Below are positions 56,439 to 64,000 of a stretch of 64,000 bases of DNA, piece by piece (position 1 is the stretch's first letter; the number at the start of each line of letters is the position of its first letter). The notes beneath the pieces are model-generated. The model had not been told where the DNA came from, did not search any database, and was given only the letters and a program-made list of their open reading frames with translations. The translations under genes were made by a program, and so were the position numbers. Location: contig CAXXLZ010000002.1 in NCBI GenBank assembly GCA_963675595.2, positions 384,001 through 448,000 on the forward strand, given 5' to 3'. Source of the stretch: Thermodesulfobacteriota bacterium (GTDB lineage: Bacteria > Desulfobacterota > Desulfarculia > JACQYL01).

Positions 56439-59117
56439 ATGTGCAGAAGATCCTTCTGGGCGGTTTTTTTGGTTTCAAGTTGTTTGTTATTTTCGTTTTC
56501 AGGACTTGCCCACGCCGACTACCATGGGATATGGAAAGACAACGCCACCGGGAACACACACAATTTCTATATACAGAGCTATTCTACGGGCTCCATGGTG
56601 GTGATTTACACTTTGGATGCCGTAAACTTCTACGCATTCCTTGGTGATTTGTCCGGGACTACCTTCGAACAGGACTCCATGGACCCCCTTCACGCTCTAA
56701 GTCTCAGCATTGACTTTTCATCGTCCACGGAAGCCACGGCCCTGATCACGGACAATACCCTTACCTTCCCCGTTTCCACCCAAGTAGCCATCAATAAGGT
56801 TTTTCCCGCAGTACGCACCCAGCACTCAGGCATCTGGAAGAATACTGCCGCCGGTCTAAACTTGTACATCCAGGACTATACCACCGGTTCCACCGTCATC
56901 GTGTACACATACGATGGAGAGCACTTTCAGGCGTTTCTTTCGAACATGACCGGGACTACCTTCGACTGCCACAACATGGCGGATGGAAGCGAGTTCATGC
57001 AGTGTGAATTCACCGACACCGGGACTGCGGATATCACAATGGGTCCGGAGATGTCCTCCGGGGTACGAAATCTCTCCGCCTCCTTTTCCGGCGAGGTCGT
57101 CAAGTTGTTTCATCCGGATCCATTGGACATCGATTTCGAGGCCGATCCCATTTCCGGAGAGGCGCCTCTCGAGGTGGAATTTACGGACCTGTCTTCGGTC
57201 GACAGACCCTCCGTGCTTTGGAGTTTCGGAGACGGTATCACCAGCACGGACTCGGACCCCACCCACACCTATGATACGCCCGGCAGTTACACGGTAAGCC
57301 TGTTCTGTTCCGACGGCACCGCCGAAACCACCACCATGAAATCCGACTATGTCCTCGTCACGGGTCCCGACTATGTGACCGTGAGCGGCTATGTCACCAC
57401 CGCCGTGGGAGTCGGTCTTGATTTGGTCCAAGTTGCTTTCTCGGGCATAGGCGGCGTACTCACCGACTCGAGCGGCTATTATGCCATGCTCGTGCCTTCC
57501 GGCTGGAGCGGCACAGTCGCACCGAGCAGGTCGGGCTACACCTTCAGCCCGACTTCCCATTCCTTCAGCGGAGTAACGGCCAATCTCACGCACCAGGACT
57601 TCACCGGTACGCCTGAGACCATTCCCGCCTCACCGATCATTTCCGGCACCGTGAACGTCGGAGGACTTCCCTTGGCTGGAGTCGTGGTGACTTTCAGCGG
57701 TCTCGGCAGCACGGTAACCAACAGTCTTGGAGTCTATGGCGTGATGGTTCCTTCCGGGTGGTCCGGAACGGTGACTCCGTCCTCCGCAGGCTATACGTTT
57801 ACCCCTGCGTCCAGGTCCTACGTCGCCGCCGCTTCGGACCAAACCAACCAGGACTATACGGCATCCGCCGCATCAGCCTCGGTAACCGTTTCGGGTCGCG
57901 TAAGCTGGGCCGGCTCCGGTATTTCGGACGTCACCATGACCTTCAGCAACGGCGGAGGCTCCACCGTCACCGACGCCGACGGATACTACACTCACACGGT
58001 TGATTACGGCTGGTCCGGCACCCTCACGCCTTCCAAGACCGGCATGGTCTTCGACCCCACTTCCCGATCCTATACCGGCATCACTTCGGATCAGACGGAT
58101 CAGGACTACTATCTCATCTCGCTGCCACGCTCCATTTCGGGCCGCGTCAGCTGGGGCGGCTCCGGTATTTCCGGCGTCACCATGTCCTTCAGCAACGGCG
58201 GAGGCTCCACCGTCACCGACTCGGGCGGTTATTATAGTCACACGCTGGATTACGGATGGTCCGGAACCGTCACACCCTCCAAAACCGGCATGGTCTTCGA
58301 CCCCACTTCCCGATCCTATACCGGCATCACTTCGGATCAGACGGATCAGGACTACTATCTCATCTCGCTGCCACGCTCCATTTCGGGCCGCGTCAGCTGG
58401 GGCGGCTCCGGTATTTCCGGCGTCACCATGTCCTTCAGCAACGGCGGAGGCTCCACCGTCACCGACTCGGGCGGTTATTATAGTCACACGCTGGATTACG
58501 GATGGTCCGGAACCGTCACACCCTCCAAAACCGGCATGGTCTTCGACCCCACTTCCCGATCCTATACCGGCATCACTTCGGATCAAACGAATCAGGACTA
58601 CTATCTCATCTCGCTGCCACGCTCTATTTCGGGCCGCGTCAGCTGGGGCGGCTCAGGTATTTCCGGCGTCACCATGTCCTTCAGCAACGGCGGAGGTTCC
58701 ACCGTCACCGACTCGGGCGGTTATTACAGTCACACGGTGGATTACGGATGGTCCGGAACCGTCACACCCTCCAAGACCGGCATGGTCTTCGACCCCACTT
58801 CCCGATCCTATACCGGCATCACTTCGGATCAAACGAATCAGGACTACTATCTCATCTCCCTGCCACGCTCCATTTCGGGCCGCGTCAGCTGGGGCGGCTC
58901 AGGTATTTCCGGCGTCACCATGTCCTTCAGCAACGGCGGAGGCTCCACCGTCACCGATTCGGACGGTTACTACAGTCACACGGTGGATTACGGATGGTCC
59001 GGAACCGTCACGCCCTCCAAAACCGGCATGGTCTTCGACCCCACTTCCCGATCCTATACCGGCATCACTTCGGATCAAACGAATCAGGACTATATTCTTA
59101 TCGGTTTGGAATCTTGA
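56439..59117 (+). CDS. large secreted surface protein: two GIWK domains, a PKD domain and seven carboxypeptidase-regulatory/Cna-B-like beta repeats
   Basis: Signal peptide ending AHA-D. PKD motif WSFGDG...PTHTYDTPGSYTVSL. Repeats with ISGRV...TD..GYY...GWSGTVTP. AGGAGG RBS. Confidence 0.85.
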   Translation: MCRRSFWAVFLVSSCLLFSFSGLAHADYHGIWKDNATGNTHNFYIQSYSTGSMVVIYTLDAVNFYAFLGDLSGTTFEQDSMDPLHALSLSIDFSSSTEATALITDNTLTFPVSTQVAINKVFPAVRTQHSGIWKNTAAGLNLYIQDYTTGSTVIVYTYDGEHFQAFLSNMTGTTFDCHNMADGSEFMQCEFTDTGTADITMGPEMSSGVRNLSASFSGEVVKLFHPDPLDIDFEADPISGEAPLEVEFTDLSSVDRPSVLWSFGDGITSTDSDPTHTYDTPGSYTVSLFCSDGTAETTTMKSDYVLVTGPDYVTVSGYVTTAVGVGLDLVQVAFSGIGGVLTDSSGYYAMLVPSGWSGTVAPSRSGYTFSPTSHSFSGVTANLTHQDFTGTPETIPASPIISGTVNVGGLPLAGVVVTFSGLGSTVTNSLGVYGVMVPSGWSGTVTPSSAGYTFTPASRSYVAAASDQTNQDYTASAASASVTVSGRVSWAGSGISDVTMTFSNGGGSTVTDADGYYTHTVDYGWSGTLTPSKTGMVFDPTSRSYTGITSDQTDQDYYLISLPRSISGRVSWGGSGISGVTMSFSNGGGSTVTDSGGYYSHTLDYGWSGTVTPSKTGMVFDPTSRSYTGITSDQTDQDYYLISLPRSISGRVSWGGSGISGVTMSFSNGGGSTVTDSGGYYSHTLDYGWSGTVTPSKTGMVFDPTSRSYTGITSDQTNQDYYLISLPRSISGRVSWGGSGISGVTMSFSNGGGSTVTDSGGYYSHTVDYGWSGTVTPSKTGMVFDPTSRSYTGITSDQTNQDYYLISLPRSISGRVSWGGSGISGVTMSFSNGGGSTVTDSDGYYSHTVDYGWSGTVTPSKTGMVFDPTSRSYTGITSDQTNQDYILIGLES
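57891..59100 (+). repeat. five near-identical 246-bp (82-aa) intragenic tandem repeats
   Basis: Units start at 57891, 58137, 58383, 58629 and 58875. Confidence 0.95.
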
Positions 59118-59413
59118 GCCCGATTTGGTCCTTATCCGCCGACGCCTGCTTGCCGGCAACAGGAATGGGAAGCGTGTCTTGAATTCAGCTCTCCACAATC
59201 GACGATACCGATGACGTTTGACGCACCCCCCGATACGCTGCCCGTCGGCACAACAAGCCGCCGGGCAGTCAGACCGCGTATCGTTGCGATGTTTTCCGCA
59301 CGAATCTAGCCGAACACATGATTGGGCCGTTCACGTAAACGCCCGTACCCTCGGCTGCCGGACAAGTCTTCAAGACGGTGTCCGTAAATTTCCAGGCCAT
59401 CGGACCCAAAACG

Positions 59414-59450
59414 CCAAAAGGGGTTGCCCTCATAAGGCATCCCCTTTTGG
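59414..59450 (-). terminator. terminator-like hairpin downstream of the tRNA fragment
   Basis: CCAAAAGGGGTTGCC...GGCATCCCCTTTTGG, which resembles the hairpin at 60815-60844. Confidence 0.65.
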
Positions 59451-59456
59451 CCATCC

Positions 59457-59500
59457 GGCAGTCCCAACGGGACTCGAACCCCTGCCCTTGCCGTGACAGG
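59457..59500 (-). pseudogene. 3'-half copy of tRNA-Glu (att-like direct repeat)
   Basis: 25 nt identical to 60854-60878 (GGCAGTCCCAACGGGACTCGAACCC), then a degenerate match through the anticodon loop. No 5' half. Confidence 0.8.
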
Positions 59501-59767
59501 CTACCATCCCGCCCGTCTTAGAGTGAAGATAGTCTCATAATATTAGTCGGTTAAACAGATTACCAAACCGGAAAGGCGCAATTTCGTTGCAACAAATCCC
59601 GGTTCCGCGTCGGTTTGGAAATGCTGTTCACCATTTCTGTACCGGTCATGAAGTCGGTCAATCGGCCTTTCGCTTTCTTGAGAGTTTGCTTCTTTCCGAA
59701 ATCATGATTTAATTTGAAGGAACACAAACCGTCGCGCGGTGGACTTGGACGGCGGGAAGAAGTGAAC

Positions 59768-59998
59768 ATGAGGAACTATCGCGAGGCAATGAGTCCCGAC
59801 GGTATCAGGTGTAAAGATTGCCCCCGGCGCCGGCAATCACATCCGATGGAGCCATTGGCTCCGCCCCCGGAACTCAAATGCACGTTCGGCATGGATGATC
59901 CGTTGCGAGACCGCGCGTTTCTGCAATGGCCGACCGTTTCCACGACCGGCGCCTGTAGCGCGGCAGGGGCGTTCTTATTCACCAGGCCGCCCGGGTAA
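59768..59998 (+). CDS. small Cys-containing hypothetical protein
   Basis: 76 aa with CKDC...C...WPTV....C. Purine-rich leader. Confidence 0.4.
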   Translation: MRNYREAMSPDGIRCKDCPRRRQSHPMEPLAPPPELKCTFGMDDPLRDRAFLQWPTVSTTGACSAAGAFLFTRPPG

Positions 59999-60125
59999 CA
60001 ATGTCCCCCAGTACCTCTTGTGTCGCCTCCGTTCCCCCGGCACGTGAGGAACCCGAGCTTAGGAAGGTTCTACCGACTCAGGATAGGTAAGAGATCATCG
60101 ATGTTTTGAGGTAACCTGATGTCTT

Positions 60126-60212
60126 CCTCAGCCTCTCCGCCGCAGGCGGTGAGGCCTGTTCGGAACATTTTGGATGGGGCGCGGGGAAACCTTTTTTAAA
60201 AGTTTTCCCCGC
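60126..60212 (+). repeat. composite palindromic intergenic repeat, copy 2 (motif A plus motif B)
   Basis: CCTCAGCCTCTCCGCCGCAGGCGGTGAGGC...TTTTGGATGGGGCGCGGGGAAACCTTTTTTAAAAGTTTTCCCCGC. Confidence 0.7.
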
Positions 60213-60263
60213 TTACCCCGTGAATACACACGCCGGGGCGGATTGACAGGGAGGGAGGAAGAA

Positions 60264-60530
60264 GTGAGCGTCACGGAAGAAGAACGCCTTCTTGAGGCTA
60301 AAATCAGATTTCATGCCGAAAAGATCAATGCCGTCCGCCTGCGACAAGAGCGGGTATTGTGCCGACTCGCCGTGGACATGATCAAGCTCTTCCAGCAATA
60401 TCAGATGGTCACCGGGAAGAACGTGGATGAACAGATCAAGCCCTACAGGGAGTTCGTCGATGGTGTGATTAAACGGCACGCCGCCGAGGCGGGGAAGAGG
60501 TCGGCGCCCCCAGGGGAGATGCTGCACTGA
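60264..60530 (+). CDS. small helical hypothetical protein
   Basis: GTG start after GGAGGGAGG. 88 aa with amphipathic helices. Confidence 0.5.
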   Translation: MSVTEEERLLEAKIRFHAEKINAVRLRQERVLCRLAVDMIKLFQQYQMVTGKNVDEQIKPYREFVDGVIKRHAAEAGKRSAPPGEMLH

Positions 60531-60814
60531 TCCTGCGGTCGGAATGCCATCGCTTCCGTGTAACTCATTGATTTTTCAACCACCGCCGCATGATACCGAA
60601 TAAACTGCTCTACCGGCCTACGCAGGCTTCGTCCCGCTGAAAAGTGACGAGGCCGAACCACGGAATCCCTCCGCCGATTCATGGGATGGGAGGATCGTCG
60701 GAGATACGTGAATGCGTACGAAGTAACGGCAAAGATCAGACCGGAGCAATCGGCAGGACTTCGCGGAGAAAAAATAAAACAGCCTGATCCCTTCTGCATC
60801 ATCGGGTTCAAAAC

Positions 60815-60844
60815 AAAGGGGCTGCCTTCGCAGGCAACCCCTTT
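60815..60844 (-). terminator. tRNA-Glu terminator
   Basis: AAAGGGGCTGCCT-TCGC-AGGCAACCCCTTT with A/T tracts on both sides. Confidence 0.7.
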
Positions 60845-60852
60845 TTCAAATT

Positions 60853-60928
60853 TGGCAGTCCCAACGGGACTCGAACCCGTGTCTTCGCCGTGAGAGGGCG
60901 ATATCCTAGACCGCTAGACGATGGGACC
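60853..60928 (-). tRNA. tRNA-Glu (anticodon CTC)
   Basis: GGTCCCATCGTCTAGCGGTCTAGGATATCGCCCTCTCACGGCGAAGACACGGGTTCGAGTCCCGTTGGGACTGCCA, 76 nt with encoded CCA. Confidence 0.96.
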
Positions 60929-60967
60929 GCGGCGCTTTGCGTAACGCTTTGATGAGCGGAAGGTGCT

Positions 60968-60996
60968 TTAATACTCGAAATGCCCTTCCGTGTCAA
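60968..60996 (-). promoter_or_regulatory. sigma70 promoter of tRNA-Glu
   Basis: TTGACA-17 bp-TATTAA on the minus strand, about 40 bp upstream of the tRNA. Confidence 0.65.
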
Positions 60997-61501
60997 GAAA
61001 TTCGAAGCGGACTCAGGCCATGAACCGGCCAATCCAATCCGACGCGTGCCGCCGCCGGGTCGCTCGGCCTTTTTATGCTCGCCCGAATACGGTTAGGGGC
61101 CCGGCACCAAAGATACGGACAAAAAGTAATCCCCCTTGCTTTCACGCGGTTCTGATCCTGGGGGCGGACACTAGGGACCTCCCCAACAAACACCCATCTT
61201 GAAAGAAGCCATCATCACCAAGGCCTGGATTGTCTCACAAATTCGGATTCAAATCCCCCAACGGACCTCCACTGAAACTGAAAATGAGCCGGCCGCCCAA
61301 GGTCACCCGGATGCGACCTTTCCCCAGTGCTCAGCACCCTAGCGGCAGCGGCACTCATGTGAAATATCAGGAGGTTAGGCAATGCGCTTGACTTTTTTGG
61401 GCATTTTGATATTTTGTTCACAAATATACTTCCGCAGATCCTCCGGAGGGGAGCACCTCCGGTCGCATCGATCCTCTCATGGAAAGGAGGTGAAACGGAG
61501 C

Positions 61502-61918
61502 ATGAAACTGTTCAAATCCATGTCTTTGCTGATCGCGCTGTGTTTCTTATCAGTGGTCTGTATCGCCTATGCCGATTCGGATATCCCTGAGGACATCAAG
61601 ATCGACTACAAGACCAAGTTCGAGAAGTCCATCAAGCCTGCGGTGGAATTCACGCACAAGAAGCACATTGAGGAACACAAGGTCGCTTGCGCGGACTGCC
61701 ACCATGTGTACACAGATGGAAAGAACGTGTGGAAGCAGGGCGACCCCGTGCAGAAGTGTGAGGAATGCCATCCCACGGACCGCAAGGAAGCCAAGGAAAA
61801 GAATGTCTACGACCTGCGCAATGCTTTTCACAAGAACTGCCAGGGATGCCATAAGGACTTGGTAAAGCAGGGAAAGAAGGCCCCGGTTAAGTGTAACGAG
61901 TGCCACAAGGAATCCTGA
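61502..61918 (+). CDS. tetraheme cytochrome c3
   Basis: Signal peptide AYA-D, VEFTHKKH, CADCHH, CEECH, AFHKNCQGCH and CNECH. Confidence 0.93.
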   Translation: MKLFKSMSLLIALCFLSVVCIAYADSDIPEDIKIDYKTKFEKSIKPAVEFTHKKHIEEHKVACADCHHVYTDGKNVWKQGDPVQKCEECHPTDRKEAKEKNVYDLRNAFHKNCQGCHKDLVKQGKKAPVKCNECHKES

Positions 61919-62180
61919 TCCCTCGGGACCTCGCTTTACAAAGTGACTCAACGCGGGAGGCGGTGCCACACCAAGCCCATCTTCCGCGTTTTTCCTTACG
62001 CTCGGCGCCCCTGAATCGGCAAGAGCAGAGCCGACGCCGGCCCCTCGAAACTTCCCGCCCGTTTCATCCCATGGAAGTCCACCACATATCTCGGCAGAGA
62101 TCCGGATGCTTCCATGATCTGTTCCCGCCGCACATGCAATTAATTCGATAGGTCTTTTTGCCTGACCGGCCGACAAACAA

Positions 62181-62217
62181 GAACAGCCCGCAAAGGCGGC
62201 GCCTTTGCGGGCTGTTC
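62181..62217 (-). terminator. stem-loop downstream of the ferredoxin gene
   Basis: GAACAGCCCGCAAAGGCG / CGCCTTTGCGGGCTGTTC near-perfect inverted repeat. Confidence 0.7.
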
Positions 62218-62241
62218 CAAATCCTGCGGCTTAACGCCGGA

Positions 62242-62430
62242 TTACTGCTCGGTCACCGTGATGGCGTCCTGTTCGCAGACTTCCACGCAGCTTTCACAGC
62301 CCAGGCATTCTTCCATGTTCACCGGAACCGCCTTGCCGTCTTGCATCTCGTATACGTCAACGGGACAGACTTCCACACATTCCTCGTCGCCGATGCATTT
62401 GTCCGTGTCTACCTCGACCATGTAACCCAT
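62242..62430 (-). CDS. ferredoxin (62 aa, CxxDxxC plus CxxCxxC, Desulfovibrio type)
   Basis: DKCIGDEECVEVCP and ECLGCESCVEVC. AAGGAGGT RBS. Confidence 0.93.
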   Translation of the reverse strand: MGYMVEVDTDKCIGDEECVEVCPVDVYEMQDGKAVPVNMEECLGCESCVEVCEQDAITVTEQ

Positions 62431-62701
62431 GACCTTACCTCCTTGTCGATTAATCGTTGCTTCCACATATAAAGAACCCAATCCGTTCTTCCGGTTCCAA
62501 CGCGCCGTCGCGGCAAATCTCATAACACAGGCAACGGCTTGTGCCAAGAAGTTACTATGCGGAAATGGACAATTTTTTCGTCCCGCGCGCAGGCAACTAA
62601 AAGGCGCACGGGAAGGGATCCGTGCGAACCCTACCCGTGAAGTCCAGAGGGGAAAGGCCCGTACTCGTTAGGCGTTCCCCCTCAGGCAACTGACAATGTT
62701 A

Positions 62702-63865
62702 CTATTTCAGTTCAACATCTTCCTTGACCGATACGGCGATTCTGAACAGTACCGTAAGGATCAGGAAGCCGGCGGCCCAAACACCTAATGCGAGGAAGAC
62801 TTCCGGAACGGTGGGGATATATTCGTTGATCTCATGCAGCGGATTCGGCGTGAAACCACCGGCGATCATGCCCATTCCCTTGTCGATCCAGGTAGCCACA
62901 AAGACCAGGGCGCAACCGAGCGCCAAAAATTTTTCGTTCTGACGCACCGGTCTACGAATCAATACCGCCACAGAGCACAAACCCAGGATCATGGAAGCCC
63001 ACATCCAGGGCACGTAGGCGCCATGGCCGTGGAGCCCGAAGAAGAGGTACTCGAAATGGCTGAGATGATCCGGAATCTGGCTGTATCCCACGGTGAACAC
63101 TTCCAACGCGAAGAAGAACAGGTTCAGGATGATGGCGTAGGTCACGATCTCGCCCAGGCTCTGGATGGCTTGCTTGCCCGCGTCGAATTTGCTCACTTTG
63201 CGGATCAGCAACGCCAGCAGGATCAGCAGCGCGGGACCGGCGGCAAAGGCGGAGGCCAGGAAGCGTGCGGCCAAAATAGCCGTCAGCCAGTACCCTCTCC
63301 CCGGCAGACCCGCATACAAGAAGGCCGTGACCGTGTGAATGCTGACCGCCCAGGGAATGGAGATGTAAATGAACGGTTTGATCCACTTGGGAGGAGGCAC
63401 TTGTTTCCGCTCCGCCGTGAGCACCACCCAACCGATGAGGATGTTGAGCATGAGATAACCGCTCAACACGGTGGCATCCCAGAACAAGATGGATCCCGGC
63501 GTGGCGTGTAGAAACACGTTGAGGCCTCGATCCGGTCGCCCCAAATCGGCCACGATGTTCATCAGGCACATGCTGACCGCCGCCACCGCCAGGAATTCAC
63601 CCAGGATGGTGATTCGGCCGAAGGCCTTGTAATGGTGCAGGTAGTAGGGCAATACCAGCATGACGCCCGATGCCGCCACACCGACGAGAAAGGTGAACTG
63701 AGAAATATAGAAGCCCCACGACACGTCCCGGCTCATGCCCGTGATGGTCAAGCCGGTGGTGAACTGCCAGATCCACAGGCCGAACGCCAAGCCGCAAAGG
63801 CCCAGCAGGCCTATGACCAGGGCCCAGTACCGTCTGTTCGAAACGAAGATCGCCTTTTCTAACAT
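62702..63865 (-). CDS. dsrP: NrfD/PsrC-family membrane subunit, DsrP-like
   Basis: TGMSRDVSWGFYISQFTFLVGVAAS, DLGRPDR, SIPWAVSIHTVTAFLY and ARFLASAF. Confidence 0.82.
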   Translation of the reverse strand: MLEKAIFVSNRRYWALVIGLLGLCGLAFGLWIWQFTTGLTITGMSRDVSWGFYISQFTFLVGVAASGVMLVLPYYLHHYKAFGRITILGEFLAVAAVSMCLMNIVADLGRPDRGLNVFLHATPGSILFWDATVLSGYLMLNILIGWVVLTAERKQVPPPKWIKPFIYISIPWAVSIHTVTAFLYAGLPGRGYWLTAILAARFLASAFAAGPALLILLALLIRKVSKFDAGKQAIQSLGEIVTYAIILNLFFFALEVFTVGYSQIPDHLSHFEYLFFGLHGHGAYVPWMWASMILGLCSVAVLIRRPVRQNEKFLALGCALVFVATWIDKGMGMIAGGFTPNPLHEINEYIPTVPEVFLALGVWAAGFLILTVLFRIAVSVKEDVELK

Positions 63866-63872
63866 ATCGACC

Positions 63873-64000
63873 TCATATCACATAGAATACCGACGGTTGG
63901 GTCCCCAAGTAGACCTTCCGACGGATCGTGTAGTTTTCTCGGATCACCTGGCGGACTTCCGAGTCGGGGTCCGCAAGATCTCCGAAGATGAGGGCCTTTG
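63873..64000 (-). CDS. dsrO: C-terminus of a DsrO/NrfC-like Fe-S subunit (truncated by window edge)
   Basis: Manual translation gives ALIFGDLADPDSEVRQVIRENYTIRRKVYLGTQPSVFYVI*, directly upstream of dsrP. Confidence 0.72.
   Translation of the reverse strand, partial: KALIFGDLADPDSEVRQVIRENYTIRRKVYLGTQPSVFYVI

Larger units (their letters stand above)
59457..60897. mobile_element. remnant tRNA-integrated islet (no integrase)
   Basis: Bounded by tRNA-Glu and its displaced 3' fragment. Contains only two small orphan ORFs. Confidence 0.55.

Noticed and set aside
57891-59100. Regular repeat array as a possible CRISPR
   Set aside because: Units are 246 bp, contiguous, in frame and have no unique spacers. 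No cas genes are present.
59457-59535. Possible tRNA-Asp(GTC) gene
   Set aside because: No D-arm or 5' acceptor strand and no CCA. It is a degenerate 3' fragment of tRNA-Glu.
59530-59557. dif/pdif-like sequence TAGTCTCATAA-TATTA-GTCGGTTAAAC near the islet edge
   Set aside because: One base short of the 11-6-11 geometry, and the XerD arm matches TTATGTTAAAT poorly.
61406-61423. Rex operator upstream of cytochrome c3
   Set aside because: Only the right half-site TTCACAA matches. The left half is poor.
62531-62547. sigma54-like promoter TTGGCAC...TTGC upstream of the ferredoxin
   Set aside because: GG-to-GC spacing is 11 nt rather than the required 10.

Overview
GC-rich (about 60% by eye) chromosomal window, most likely from an anaerobic sulfate-reducing Desulfobacterota. 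This inference rests on dsrO/dsrP-like genes, a tetraheme cytochrome c3, a Desulfovibrio-type ferredoxin, HdrD-like CCG proteins and a [NiFe] hydrogenase. Left to right: (1) the end of a hydrogenase operon; (2) a ~26.5 kb divergent locus around a FadR/GntR regulator (3754-30244), holding a radical SAM-GNAT fusion with an AIR-synthase-like gene, methylmalonate-semialdehyde dehydrogenase, a ureohydrolase, an MtaA-type methyltransferase, a permease, a FAD oxidoreductase/HdrD pair, a truncated AOR-like protein lacking its Fe-S cysteines, a BPL-N protein, a multiheme cytochrome/cyt b/NarI/HdrD membrane complex, an ABC importer and a B12 radical SAM; (3) ppi, radA and kdsB; (4) an opposite-strand cassette of heme oxygenase, CheB, a phycobiliprotein-like/B12 (photocobilin-like) protein and a PAS-like transducer, sitting between kdsB and a kdnA/Fe-ADH pair; (5) queD, a 43%-His peptide, a secreted protein, a two-domain nitrilase lipoprotein, NUDIX, rtcB and DHH; (6) a chlD-like gene split by a -1 frameshift at A9G; (7) rimO and ispB; (8) an AT-rich island with a 34-bp perfect palindrome upstream of a large repeat-rich surface protein; (9) a 1.4 kb islet between tRNA-Glu(CTC) and a copy of its 3' half; (10) cytochrome c3, ferredoxin, dsrP and partial dsrO. 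No CRISPR array, rRNA, integrase or transposase was seen. All calls come from motif recognition by eye; no database searches were run. The best candidates for an undescribed system are the heme-oxygenase/photocobilin-like cassette and the FadR-centred locus.
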